A stretch of 32,000 nt of DNA from Bellilinea caldifistulae. Lineage in GTDB: Bacteria > Chloroflexota > Anaerolineae > Anaerolineales > Anaerolineaceae. Below the pieces are notes generated by a model. The model saw only the letters and a list, made by a program, of their open reading frames with translations, was not told where the DNA came from and did not search any database. Made by a program: the position numbers and the translations under genes. The stretch lies in assembly GCF_001306055.1 (NCBI RefSeq), contig NZ_LGHJ01000019.1, positions 120,001-152,000 on the forward strand, given 5' to 3'. Of the stretch, positions 1 through 7,360 are shown in pieces (within the stretch, counting starts at the first letter, position 1; each line of letters begins with the position of its first letter).

Positions 1-803
1 GCAGATTGGCGGTATGTGGTACGGTTAACGACATTGCAGTCTCCGGCGCGCAACCTCTGTATCTGACCGCCGGTTTTATTCTAGAAGAGGGCTTACCGGT
101 TCAAACGCTCGTACGGATTTTAGAATCCATGCGCATTGCAGCCCAGGAAGCCAGCATCCAAATTGTTGCGGGGGATACCAAAGTGGTGGAAAAAGGCAAA
201 GCAGACGGGCTCTTCATCACCACAACCGGCTTTGGCTTTTTACCCGAAGGCAGAACCATCAATGGCAGTCAGGCTCAGCCCGGTGATGTGATCCTCGTAT
301 CCGGCAGCATGGGCGATCACGGTATTGCCGTCCTGGCAGAACGGGGTGAATTGGGATTTTCCGCCGAAATTCAGTCGGATGTCGCCCCGCTAAACGGTCT
401 GATTCAGGATCTTTTAGCAGCTGCGCCGCATACCCACGTTTTGCGCGATCCCACCCGCGGTGGTCTGGCAACCACCCTCAATGAAATTGCAGCACAGAGT
501 CAGGTTGGAATGCTGCTCTACGAAAACACCATTCCGATCAATCCTGCCGTTCAGGCCGCCTGCGAGATGCTGGGATTTGACCCTCTCTACATTGCCAATG
601 AGGGTAAGATTATCGCCATCGTTCCTCCCGATGAAGCCGAGGCTGCCCTAGAGGCGATGCACCGCCACCCCTATGGAAAATCCGCAGCTCGCATTGGGGA
701 AGTTACCCGTAACGATGCCGGGCGAGTTCTACTCAAAACCAGGATTGGGGCTACCCGCATCCTTGACATGCTGGCTGGTGAAATCCTGCCTCGTATTTGC
801 TAA
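1..803 (+). CDS. hypE: Hydrogenase maturation protein HypE, 5'-truncated by the window edge
   Basis: The frame is open from the window edge. The track's 'M' at position 6 is a TTG, not a real start. The sequence is AIR-synthase/PurM-like and ends in the diagnostic HypE C-terminus ...GEILPRIC*. Confidence 0.9.
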   Translation, partial: RLAVCGTVNDIAVSGAQPLYLTAGFILEEGLPVQTLVRILESMRIAAQEASIQIVAGDTKVVEKGKADGLFITTTGFGFLPEGRTINGSQAQPGDVILVSGSMGDHGIAVLAERGELGFSAEIQSDVAPLNGLIQDLLAAAPHTHVLRDPTRGGLATTLNEIAAQSQVGMLLYENTIPINPAVQAACEMLGFDPLYIANEGKIIAIVPPDEAEAALEAMHRHPYGKSAARIGEVTRNDAGRVLLKTRIGATRILDMLAGEILPRIC

Positions 804-808
804 AAGAT

Positions 809-2314
809 TTAGCGATATTGGAACTTGCCAAAGTTCCATTCAACCTGAAAATCCGGGTTCCAGGCGTTAAAAATTCTCTGGCTCAGGCGCGCCATCAGCA
901 TATTGGCGGGTTCAAATAACAATTGCTGCGGGTCATACAGGAAAATGACCAGCACATAATCCGTCTGTGGGCCAAAGACAATGCCAGCATCACTGATGGT
1001 GTGCAAGAGACCATCACTCTCTTCGCTCCAACCGTGTTTATGCGCAAAAGGGATACCCTCCGGTAAACCGGCTTGCCCCAACACACCAATTCGATTGCGC
1101 TTCATCATCTCTAACAAAAACGCACATTTCTCGGATGTAAGTTGACCGTTGGAGATTTCCACCAGTACCCCTTGATTTGATTCGGCACAGGAGTAAATCG
1201 CCCGCAGCATCTGTCCCATATCTCCGGCCGTGGTTTGATTGTACACATCCGGATTCAGGTTGATATCCACACGTTGATTGGCAGGGGTTTCAAATCGCCG
1301 CAAGAGCGGAGCTCCAAGGTAGAAATAACCCGCCAGAAAGGTATTACGAAAACCGGCGTTTTGTAAAAATTCGGTCACTTTCAGCGGAGCCAGTGTCGAA
1401 CCAAGGTAAGTTTCCATCATTTGATCCGCTGGTGGATTTTCCGAGTAAACCATCATTCTTTCCGCCATCCGGATGAATTCATCTGGGAACGGGGGCTCAA
1501 TTTGCATCAAAGCGGTCAGTAAAATGGGAATCTTGATGGTGGAGGCGGCTGAAAAGGCAATCTCCGCCGATACTTCCTGACCATCAGCAACGGCAAAATG
1601 CACAACTTGTTGTTCGGTCAAGTGGTAAGCAAATATTTCGGCAATTCCATTGAAATTGGCTTCCTTCAACTCGTTGATGAGCACTGCCTTGAGGAGGTTA
1701 GATCCCACTTGACTGGCGGGCTCATGCTTGACAACCAGTTCAATCTTTCGATTGAACGGATCGCGTAACACACCCTGAAAACGAGCCACCGATGCCTCCA
1801 CGTCTAAATGTCTGCCTGAGACACCCGTCGAAAAACGACTGCTGCCCGGAAGAGGGAGAGGTGGAATGGAAGATATGTCGTATCGGCTGGCAATCTCGTC
1901 TTGCAGGTATGCCCTGAGTTGAGTTTCATCCAGCGAAAATTCAATCGGTAAAACCTTGGGCTGCTGCGGCTTGTTCCAGAGGTATGCCCAAAAAGAAAAT
2001 GCGGAACTGTTTGATTGGAAGTTTTCCAAATTGTCGGGCAAATCTACCCGAAAACCCAGCCTCTCGGCCGATGCCTGAATCCTCTCGTTTTGGTAGTTCA
2101 ATTCAATTGGGCTGAGATAAATCGCCAGAACGCGTTGGCGGGCTTGTTCTACCGTTAACCCGCCAACATTTACCACTCCCCACTGGCTGTTTGCCGGTAA
2201 GATGTCTTGAATTTGGCGGAGTTGCTGTTCGGCAAGCAAGACCAACCCGCCAGCAGCAAGGATGAAAAGAAGGGAAACCACCCGAAGAAATGGGATCCAG
2301 CGAAGATGTTTCAC
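809..2314 (-). CDS. Membrane-anchored penicillin-recognising serine hydrolase (class A beta-lactamase/PBP-like) with an N-terminal PG-binding-like region
   Basis: 501-aa ORF with a GTG start 7 nt after the upstream stop. N-terminal TM anchor VVSLLFILAAGGLVLLA. A VanW/YoaR-like segment follows (GVVNVGGLTVEQARQRV). The ordered motifs S-T-I-K (SxxK), S-E-N (SxN) and K-H-G (KxG) are present. Confidence 0.7.
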   Translation of the reverse strand: MKHLRWIPFLRVVSLLFILAAGGLVLLAEQQLRQIQDILPANSQWGVVNVGGLTVEQARQRVLAIYLSPIELNYQNERIQASAERLGFRVDLPDNLENFQSNSSAFSFWAYLWNKPQQPKVLPIEFSLDETQLRAYLQDEIASRYDISSIPPLPLPGSSRFSTGVSGRHLDVEASVARFQGVLRDPFNRKIELVVKHEPASQVGSNLLKAVLINELKEANFNGIAEIFAYHLTEQQVVHFAVADGQEVSAEIAFSAASTIKIPILLTALMQIEPPFPDEFIRMAERMMVYSENPPADQMMETYLGSTLAPLKVTEFLQNAGFRNTFLAGYFYLGAPLLRRFETPANQRVDINLNPDVYNQTTAGDMGQMLRAIYSCAESNQGVLVEISNGQLTSEKCAFLLEMMKRNRIGVLGQAGLPEGIPFAHKHGWSEESDGLLHTISDAGIVFGPQTDYVLVIFLYDPQQLLFEPANMLMARLSQRIFNAWNPDFQVEWNFGKFQYR

Positions 2315-2320
2315 TCTGTT

Positions 2321-3277
2321 TTAACGATAACAATCAATCGAAACAGCCATAATTGGATCAATCAATGCTGGCCCTTCCACGGTCTTGATTTCAAGAATTG
2401 GGGTCACGTAAGAATAGCGCGCGGATAGTCCTTCTGGAACAAACACCCGAACCCCTTTGATATCGGTGTAAATCCAATTCTTTCCATCAAAGTGCCAGTG
2501 ATCGGCTTTTCCCCCGAACAAGGCTGCGGCTCCCTGTTGAGTGGGTGGACAGCCATAAGAACGCCCCTGCCGTGCATATTGCGTAACCGTTGGAGGAGGT
2601 GGAATCAACTCTACCTTTTCCCCACTGATCAGGCCATTTACCGCCAGCAGGACACGATCAAATACACCGGTGGGATAGATCAGCAATACAACCACAACCA
2701 GCCCCATTATCAAGGCAATCAATGTCAAAATCCTTTCAAGGGATTTCGTGCGGACTGGTTCCTCAATGATTTCCATGATTCGATCAATCTGAATGGGATT
2801 CAGGCGTGGGTCTTTTTCCAGAATTTGACGTATTTCTCCTCGTGAATTTCCCAATTCAAGTAGTTTTCTGGCCTGCTTAACCGCCCGCTCAGGCGGTTCC
2901 GTTGAGGCTTCATGACCACCCCAATCATCCTTCATCAGATTGGTTCGACTGACGGGCTTGCCCGACCCGGTGACTGCAATCATCGCCGGCAAGTTCAAGC
3001 CCTCATTCTCAATCTTCGCTTTGATTTTTTCACGCAATGTTCCAAAGGGCATCCAAATCCCATACAAATCAACCCCTAACCCTTGCGGGTACTGAATCAG
3101 TCGAATTGAATCCCCGCTTTCAGAAACTTCAAATTCCGTGCCGCAAATCGTACAGTGAAGTAAATCGGGTACGCCCGCTTCACGAATAACCTCCAACCCT
3201 AAATGATCACAAACCGGACAATTCAAGCTTTTTGCCCAAAAGCCGAGAACAGACTGCATCGGGCGGATTTTTTCCAT
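2321..3277 (-). CDS. Hypothetical membrane protein: N-terminal 4-Cys zinc ribbon, one TM helix, about 115-aa C-terminal outside domain
   Basis: 318-aa ORF with an ATG start. Contains CPVC-x20-CTIC, a helical linker, the TM segment ILTLIALIMGLVVVVLLIY, and a Cys-containing C-terminal domain. No family recognised. Tightly coupled to the downstream hydrolase gene. Confidence 0.65.
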   Translation of the reverse strand: MEKIRPMQSVLGFWAKSLNCPVCDHLGLEVIREAGVPDLLHCTICGTEFEVSESGDSIRLIQYPQGLGVDLYGIWMPFGTLREKIKAKIENEGLNLPAMIAVTGSGKPVSRTNLMKDDWGGHEASTEPPERAVKQARKLLELGNSRGEIRQILEKDPRLNPIQIDRIMEIIEEPVRTKSLERILTLIALIMGLVVVVLLIYPTGVFDRVLLAVNGLISGEKVELIPPPPTVTQYARQGRSYGCPPTQQGAAALFGGKADHWHFDGKNWIYTDIKGVRVFVPEGLSARYSYVTPILEIKTVEGPALIDPIMAVSIDCYR

Positions 3278-3283
3278 GGTCTA

Positions 3284-3313
3284 ATTATACTGATTTGTAT
3301 GTTTTCTTGACAA
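3284..3313 (-). promoter_or_regulatory. Candidate sigma70-type promoter for the Zn-ribbon gene; geometry predicts a leaderless mRNA
   Basis: On the minus strand: -35 TTGTCA (3313..3308), 18-nt spacer, -10 TATAAT (3289..3284), then 6 nt to the A of the ATG at 3277. No Shine-Dalgarno sequence is present. Confidence 0.5.
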
Positions 3314-3334
3314 TCCATTTAACTCCTTTATACT
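3307..3334 (+). promoter_or_regulatory. Candidate sigma70-type promoter for the methyltransferase/PIG-L operon
   Basis: -35 TTGACA (3307..3312), 16-nt spacer, -10 TATACT (3329..3334). An AGGAG RBS lies at 3351..3355, 8 nt before the ATG at 3364. Confidence 0.55.
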
Positions 3335-3363
3335 TATGTCATATTAAAACAGGAGCCTTGAGC

Positions 3364-4164
3364 ATGAAATACGATTATCAGGAAACCACCAAAGATTTAC
3401 TCAAAAGGATTGATATTCACTCAAAATTTGGCAGCCGCAATATTGATCAATGGATGCTCGAAATTTTGCCTCTCCAAAAGGGTCAAAAAATTCTGGATGT
3501 CGGCTGCGGCGCAGGCAAACAGTGCTTCTCATATTATGATCATCTGAATGGAGAAGCCGACATTCTGGGTGTGGATGTTAATCAGGAATTGTTGGATGAG
3601 GCAAAAGCCGAAAACCAACGCCGCAATGCCAACATTCAATTCAAAGAACTCGATTTCAACAAGCCGTTCGATCTTCCCGAAAACACCTACGACCTGCTTT
3701 CATGCTGTTTTGCAATTTATTACGCAGAGGATATCCCTTTCACCATTCGGGAAATGCACCGCGTTTTGAAGCCCGGTGGGGTACTCTTCACTTCCGGGCC
3801 AATGCCGGAAAACAAACAATTGTTTTACGATATTATCCGGGAAGCCACTCAACAACCCATTCCACCCATGCCCGGCAGCTCTCGCTACGCTAGTGAGATT
3901 TACTCAACCATCAAGAATACCTTTTCAAAAACCGAATTGCACATCTTTGAAAATCCTTTGACCTTTGAAACGGTTGAACCGTTCATTGAGTACACCCGCG
4001 CCTCACTCTCTGAAGACCGCCGTTTGTGGAAATCCTTCTTCCAGGATAAGGAAGACTTCAACCGCATCATGACCCAAATTGAAGAAACCGCCACCCGCCG
4101 ATTGGAAAAAGACGGAAAATTGGTCATGACCAAAGTGGTCGGCGGTATTCTGGCAACCAAGTAA
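3364..4164 (+). CDS. Class I SAM-dependent methyltransferase
   Basis: Start chosen at ATG 3364 (AGGAG RBS). The track's upstream extension begins at a TTG inside the promoter. Motif I is ILDVGCGAGK, and the post-I acidic residue and VLKPGG motif are typical of Methyltransf_11/25-type enzymes. Confidence 0.85.
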   Translation: MKYDYQETTKDLLKRIDIHSKFGSRNIDQWMLEILPLQKGQKILDVGCGAGKQCFSYYDHLNGEADILGVDVNQELLDEAKAENQRRNANIQFKELDFNKPFDLPENTYDLLSCCFAIYYAEDIPFTIREMHRVLKPGGVLFTSGPMPENKQLFYDIIREATQQPIPPMPGSSRYASEIYSTIKNTFSKTELHIFENPLTFETVEPFIEYTRASLSEDRRLWKSFFQDKEDFNRIMTQIEETATRRLEKDGKLVMTKVVGGILATK

Positions 4165-4167
4165 CCT

Positions 4168-4830
4168 ATGGGACAGGATTTGATTTTCTACGGGCGACGA
4201 GTTTTGTTCCTCGGCGCTCACCCGGATGACATCGAAATTGGCTGCGGGGCTTTGCTGGCGCAGATTGTGGATAAAACCGATATCCTCTGTGTTACCCTTT
4301 CAGATAACCAGAAAAATCCTGAACTGAAAAATCTGGTTGAGGAACATTATCACTCGATGGCTGTTTTGGGCGTACCGGCGGAAAAAGCCATCCTCGGGCA
4401 GTTTGAAACCCGCCGTTTTCCCCATTACCGTCAGGAAATTTTGGAATACCTGATCCAGATCAACCGTTCCTTCAAACCGGATTTGATTTTCGTTCACACC
4501 AAAGCGGACATCCACCAGGACCATGCTACCCTTACAGAAGAAGCCCTGCGGGCGTTTCGAGGAACGACAGTCTTGGGTTTTGATGTCATCCGCAGCAGCT
4601 ACGGTTTTTTCCCGAGTTTTCTGGTGGAAGTGAGCGAATCGGCGGTCACAAAGAAAATTGAAGCCCTCCAACAGTATAAAACCTATCAAAATCGCTACTA
4701 CTTTGACCCCGACATCACCCGTTCGACTCTCATTCGCAATGGTGCCATCTGCGAACGGCCCTACGCCGAAGGATTCGATATCCTCCGGGTTGTGGGGACT
4801 TTCGCCAGCCCAATCAATAATGGCACATAA
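4168..4830 (+). CDS. PIG-L/LmbE family N-acetylglucosaminyl deacetylase
   Basis: Carries the AHPDDIEIG and HQDH metal-binding motifs of the PIG-L family. The ATG lies 3 nt after the methyltransferase stop, indicating translational coupling. Confidence 0.85.
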   Translation: MGQDLIFYGRRVLFLGAHPDDIEIGCGALLAQIVDKTDILCVTLSDNQKNPELKNLVEEHYHSMAVLGVPAEKAILGQFETRRFPHYRQEILEYLIQINRSFKPDLIFVHTKADIHQDHATLTEEALRAFRGTTVLGFDVIRSSYGFFPSFLVEVSESAVTKKIEALQQYKTYQNRYYFDPDITRSTLIRNGAICERPYAEGFDILRVVGTFASPINNGT

Positions 4831-4844
4831 TCACATCTAAAGAA

Positions 4845-4881
4845 GAAGCCCCGCTTTGCTACAGCGGGGCTTCCTTTTCTT
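4845..4881. terminator. Bidirectional rho-independent terminator between convergent genes
   Basis: Perfect 11-bp stem GAAGCCCCGCT (4845..4855) / AGCGGGGCTTC (4863..4873) with a 7-nt loop. CTTTTCTT follows on the + strand, and an A-rich tract upstream gives a T-rich tail on the - strand. Confidence 0.75.
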
Positions 4882-4888
4882 ATCCGGA

Positions 4889-5227
4889 TTAGTCCGGCAC
4901 ACCAACCTCAATGTCATTTTCGGTCACCCGAACGGGATAGGTGGGAATATCCACCACTGCCGGCAGGGAAAGCACCTTGCCATTCCGCACATCAAAGCGC
5001 GCCCCGTGACGCGGACAGATAATCTGATGTCCGTCTAATTCACCATCACCCAAAGGACCGTCATCATGGGTGCAAACATCCCCAATGGCAAAGTACTTTC
5101 CGGCAATATTGAATACCACAATGGAAACATCCCCAATTTCGACAAAAAGACGTTCCCCCGGCGGCAAATCTTCCACTTTTGCAACGGTGTAGAAAGAATA
5201 ATCCGTCAAATCAATCGGCTCGGACAT
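4889..5227 (-). CDS. Rieske [2Fe-2S] ferredoxin (non-haem oxygenase ferredoxin-subunit type), last gene of the suf operon
   Basis: Contains C-T-H...C-P-R-H Rieske ligand boxes (DVCTHDDGPL, IICPRHGARF). A GAGGAG RBS lies 9 nt upstream of the ATG. Confidence 0.9.
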   Translation of the reverse strand: MSEPIDLTDYSFYTVAKVEDLPPGERLFVEIGDVSIVVFNIAGKYFAIGDVCTHDDGPLGDGELDGHQIICPRHGARFDVRNGKVLSLPAVVDIPTYPVRVTENDIEVGVPD

Positions 5228-5233
5228 ACGCTC

Positions 5234-5653
5234 TCACTCCTCAACAAGACTATCACTGGCTTCCCCCAGTCCATATACCCCGGCTTTGACCACTTTAAGC
5301 GGAAGCAAGGCACATTTCAGACGGACAGGCCCAAGTTCAATCCCCAGTAAATCCAGAACATCCTGTTTATTTAATTGTTTGACTTCGTCCAGAGTTTTAC
5401 CGATGATGCTTTCCAAAAGCAAATCAGCCGAAGCCTGAGAAATGGCGCAACCATGACCGCTGAAGGCAGCCTCAACAACCCGTGAGTTTTCATCTACACG
5501 CAAATCAATGCGAATATGATCACCACATAAGGGATTTTCATCTTCAAAAGAAATATCATGCGGTTCAAGTACACCCCGAAAGAGAGGCTCTTTAAACCGC
5601 TCAATAATAATTTCGCGATAAAGATCATCCATTAGGGTTTGCCTTTCAGCCAA
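5234..5653 (-). CDS. sufU: SUF Fe-S cluster scaffold/sulfur acceptor SufU (NifU/IscU-like)
   Basis: Shows the LYREIIIE..FKEP N-terminus and three conserved Cys (NPLCGD, GHGCAIS, RLKCALL). The track start at 5653 is a TTG overlapping the sufS stop. ATG 5632 (MDDLYRE..., GAAAGG RBS) is an equally plausible start. Confidence 0.88.
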   Translation of the reverse strand: MAERQTLMDDLYREIIIERFKEPLFRGVLEPHDISFEDENPLCGDHIRIDLRVDENSRVVEAAFSGHGCAISQASADLLLESIIGKTLDEVKQLNKQDVLDLLGIELGPVRLKCALLPLKVVKAGVYGLGEASDSLVEE

Positions 5654-6890
5654 AAATCTTCTTTACTTTCGCAAGTCCGCGCACCAGTTGATCCACTTCC
5701 TGGCGGGTATTGTAAAGGTAAAAACTTGCCCGTGTCGTCGCTGGTAATCCAAATTTTTCGTGAAGCGGCATGGCGCAATGATGACCGGCCCGAACCGCAA
5801 TTCCCTGACTATCTAAAATTTGTGATACATCGTGGGGATGCACCCCGCGCATCGTAAATGATGCGACTGCCCCTTTCTGATCAGCAGACGGGCCGTATAG
5901 GGTCAAGCCTTCAATTTCATTCAAGGCTTCCAGTGCATAGGAAATCAGATCATGCTCATGAGCCGCCACACGTTCCATGCCAATCCGGTTCAGGTAATCT
6001 ATGGCTGCACCAAAGCCAATCGCTTCTGCAATGGCTGGTGTGCCGGCTTCGAATTTATGGGGCAAATCATTGGGGCTGAATCTACGCAAATGAACTTTTT
6101 TGATCATATCCCCGCCCCCTAAAAATGGTGGCATGGATTCCAACAATTCCTCTTTACCAAAAAGTACACCAATGCCGGTCGGTCCGAGCATCTTATGTGC
6201 TGAAAATGCCAGAAAATCCACATCTAAATCCTGCACGTTGACTGGAAGGTGCGGCACCGATTGCGCACCGTCCACCACTACCACAGCCCCGGCTTGATGA
6301 GCCAGTCGGGTCATTTCTTTGATCGGGTTAATCGTGCCCAGCACATTGGACATCTGGGTCATTGCGACAATTTTTGGTTTATGACTCAACAGCCGCTCAA
6401 ACTCCTGCAGGTCCAGCAATCCTGCTTGTGTTACCGGAACAAAATCCAGCAATAATTCTTTTTCCTGCGCCAGAATTTGCCACGGGACCAGGTTTGAGTG
6501 ATGCTCCATCTCGGTCAGCAAGACCCGGTCACCGCGTTGCAGGAACTTACGCCCCCAACTGAACGTCACCAGATTGATTGCCTCGGTGGTATTTCGAACA
6601 AAGATGATCTCTCGGCTTTTGCGCGCGCCGATAAATCCGGCAATTTTTTCGCGAGCCGCTTCATACTGAGCGGTGGCTTCTTCCGCAAGGGTATGCACCC
6701 CGCGGTGGATATTGGCATTACTTCTCTCGTAGTATTCGCTCATCGCCCGGATAACCGCCAGCGGCTTTTGTGAGGTAGCCGTCGAGTCCAAATAGACAAG
6801 CGGAACGCCTGGTGCAACTTCGCGTTTGAGGATTGGAAAATCCTCCCGTATTTGGATCACATCCAACCGCTCAGTTATTGTGGTGTTCAT
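5646..6890 (-). CDS. sufS: Cysteine desulfurase SufS (group II, PLP-dependent)
   Basis: PLP-lysine motif SAHKMLGPTGIG and catalytic Cys loop RAGHHCAMP. Length of 414 aa and suf operon context fit. Confidence 0.95.
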   Translation of the reverse strand: MNTTITERLDVIQIREDFPILKREVAPGVPLVYLDSTATSQKPLAVIRAMSEYYERSNANIHRGVHTLAEEATAQYEAAREKIAGFIGARKSREIIFVRNTTEAINLVTFSWGRKFLQRGDRVLLTEMEHHSNLVPWQILAQEKELLLDFVPVTQAGLLDLQEFERLLSHKPKIVAMTQMSNVLGTINPIKEMTRLAHQAGAVVVVDGAQSVPHLPVNVQDLDVDFLAFSAHKMLGPTGIGVLFGKEELLESMPPFLGGGDMIKKVHLRRFSPNDLPHKFEAGTPAIAEAIGFGAAIDYLNRIGMERVAAHEHDLISYALEALNEIEGLTLYGPSADQKGAVASFTMRGVHPHDVSQILDSQGIAVRAGHHCAMPLHEKFGLPATTRASFYLYNTRQEVDQLVRGLAKVKKIFG

Positions 6891-6923
6891 TCAAATCCTC
6901 ATTCAGCCCAATAAGTTTTTCCG

Positions 6924-7217
6924 TTAATCCTGATTTGCCATCTCCGCTCGCGAGCCTTTTTTGGCGGGGAAGCGGATGTGAGGTGAATTTTGAGGGTACC
7001 AGAGGATATGGTCGGGCACCATCCAGCCATCGGTTAAGAAAACGTTGGTACGGAATTGTACAGCGACCATTTTTGGGTCAACCTGAACCACAATCCCTTT
7101 TAACCAACCGCGTACGCGTTGCCCCCCTTTTTCATGGTCACAATAGACCTCAACCGTATCCCCTACCTCGAAGGTTGTTTCCGGTTCCGGTGGGTTAATA
7201 AAAGGAACTCCAGCCAT
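6924..7217 (-). CDS. Hypothetical 97-aa protein embedded in the suf operon (possible small beta-barrel/Tudor-SH3-like fold)
   Basis: Start chosen at ATG 7217 (GGAG at 7227..7224, 6-nt spacing). The track start at 7247 is a TTG. No recognisable motif. The basic/acidic C-terminal tail and beta-strand-rich core are only a guess from composition. Confidence 0.55.
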   Translation of the reverse strand: MAGVPFINPPEPETTFEVGDTVEVYCDHEKGGQRVRGWLKGIVVQVDPKMVAVQFRTNVFLTDGWMVPDHILWYPQNSPHIRFPAKKGSRAEMANQD

Positions 7218-7302
7218 ACCTTGCTCCATCTTAAGATTTTTTTTCAATCGGTTAATTTTATCACAAAGCCTTGGGCCTGTTGGACACCCATTCAGACAGG
7301 TG

Positions 7303-7333
7303 TACCCTTTCCGGTGATTAACCGGAAAGGGTA
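7303..7333. repeat. Perfect 12-bp inverted repeat/hairpin in the sufD-orf97 gap
   Basis: TACCCTTTCCGG (7303..7314), loop TGATTAA, CCGGAAAGGGTA (7322..7333). A T-run (ACCGTTTTT) follows only on the + strand, which is antisense to the suf genes. Confidence 0.7.
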
Positions 7334-7360
7334 ACCGTTTTTCGAATGATTTTAGAAAAC

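Noticed and set aside
3232-3363. N-terminal extensions suggested by the track, here and at 11801..11866, 18573..18581, 18817..18876, 19013..19084, 24176..24190, 27971..27991, 28888..28929 and 29077..29112
   Set aside because: The track translates TTG/GTG as M and takes the longest ORF. The extensions run through promoters or the preceding gene. Downstream ATGs have proper GGAG-type RBSs and give native-looking N-termini.
7291-7301. Apparent enrichment of YCAGAC(A)GG in intergenic regions (7293, 11095, 12645, 12677, 28993, 29007)
   Set aside because: This is a short motif noticed post hoc. I cannot compute background frequency in coding DNA here. Only the longer GTATAATCCA module is reported as a finding.
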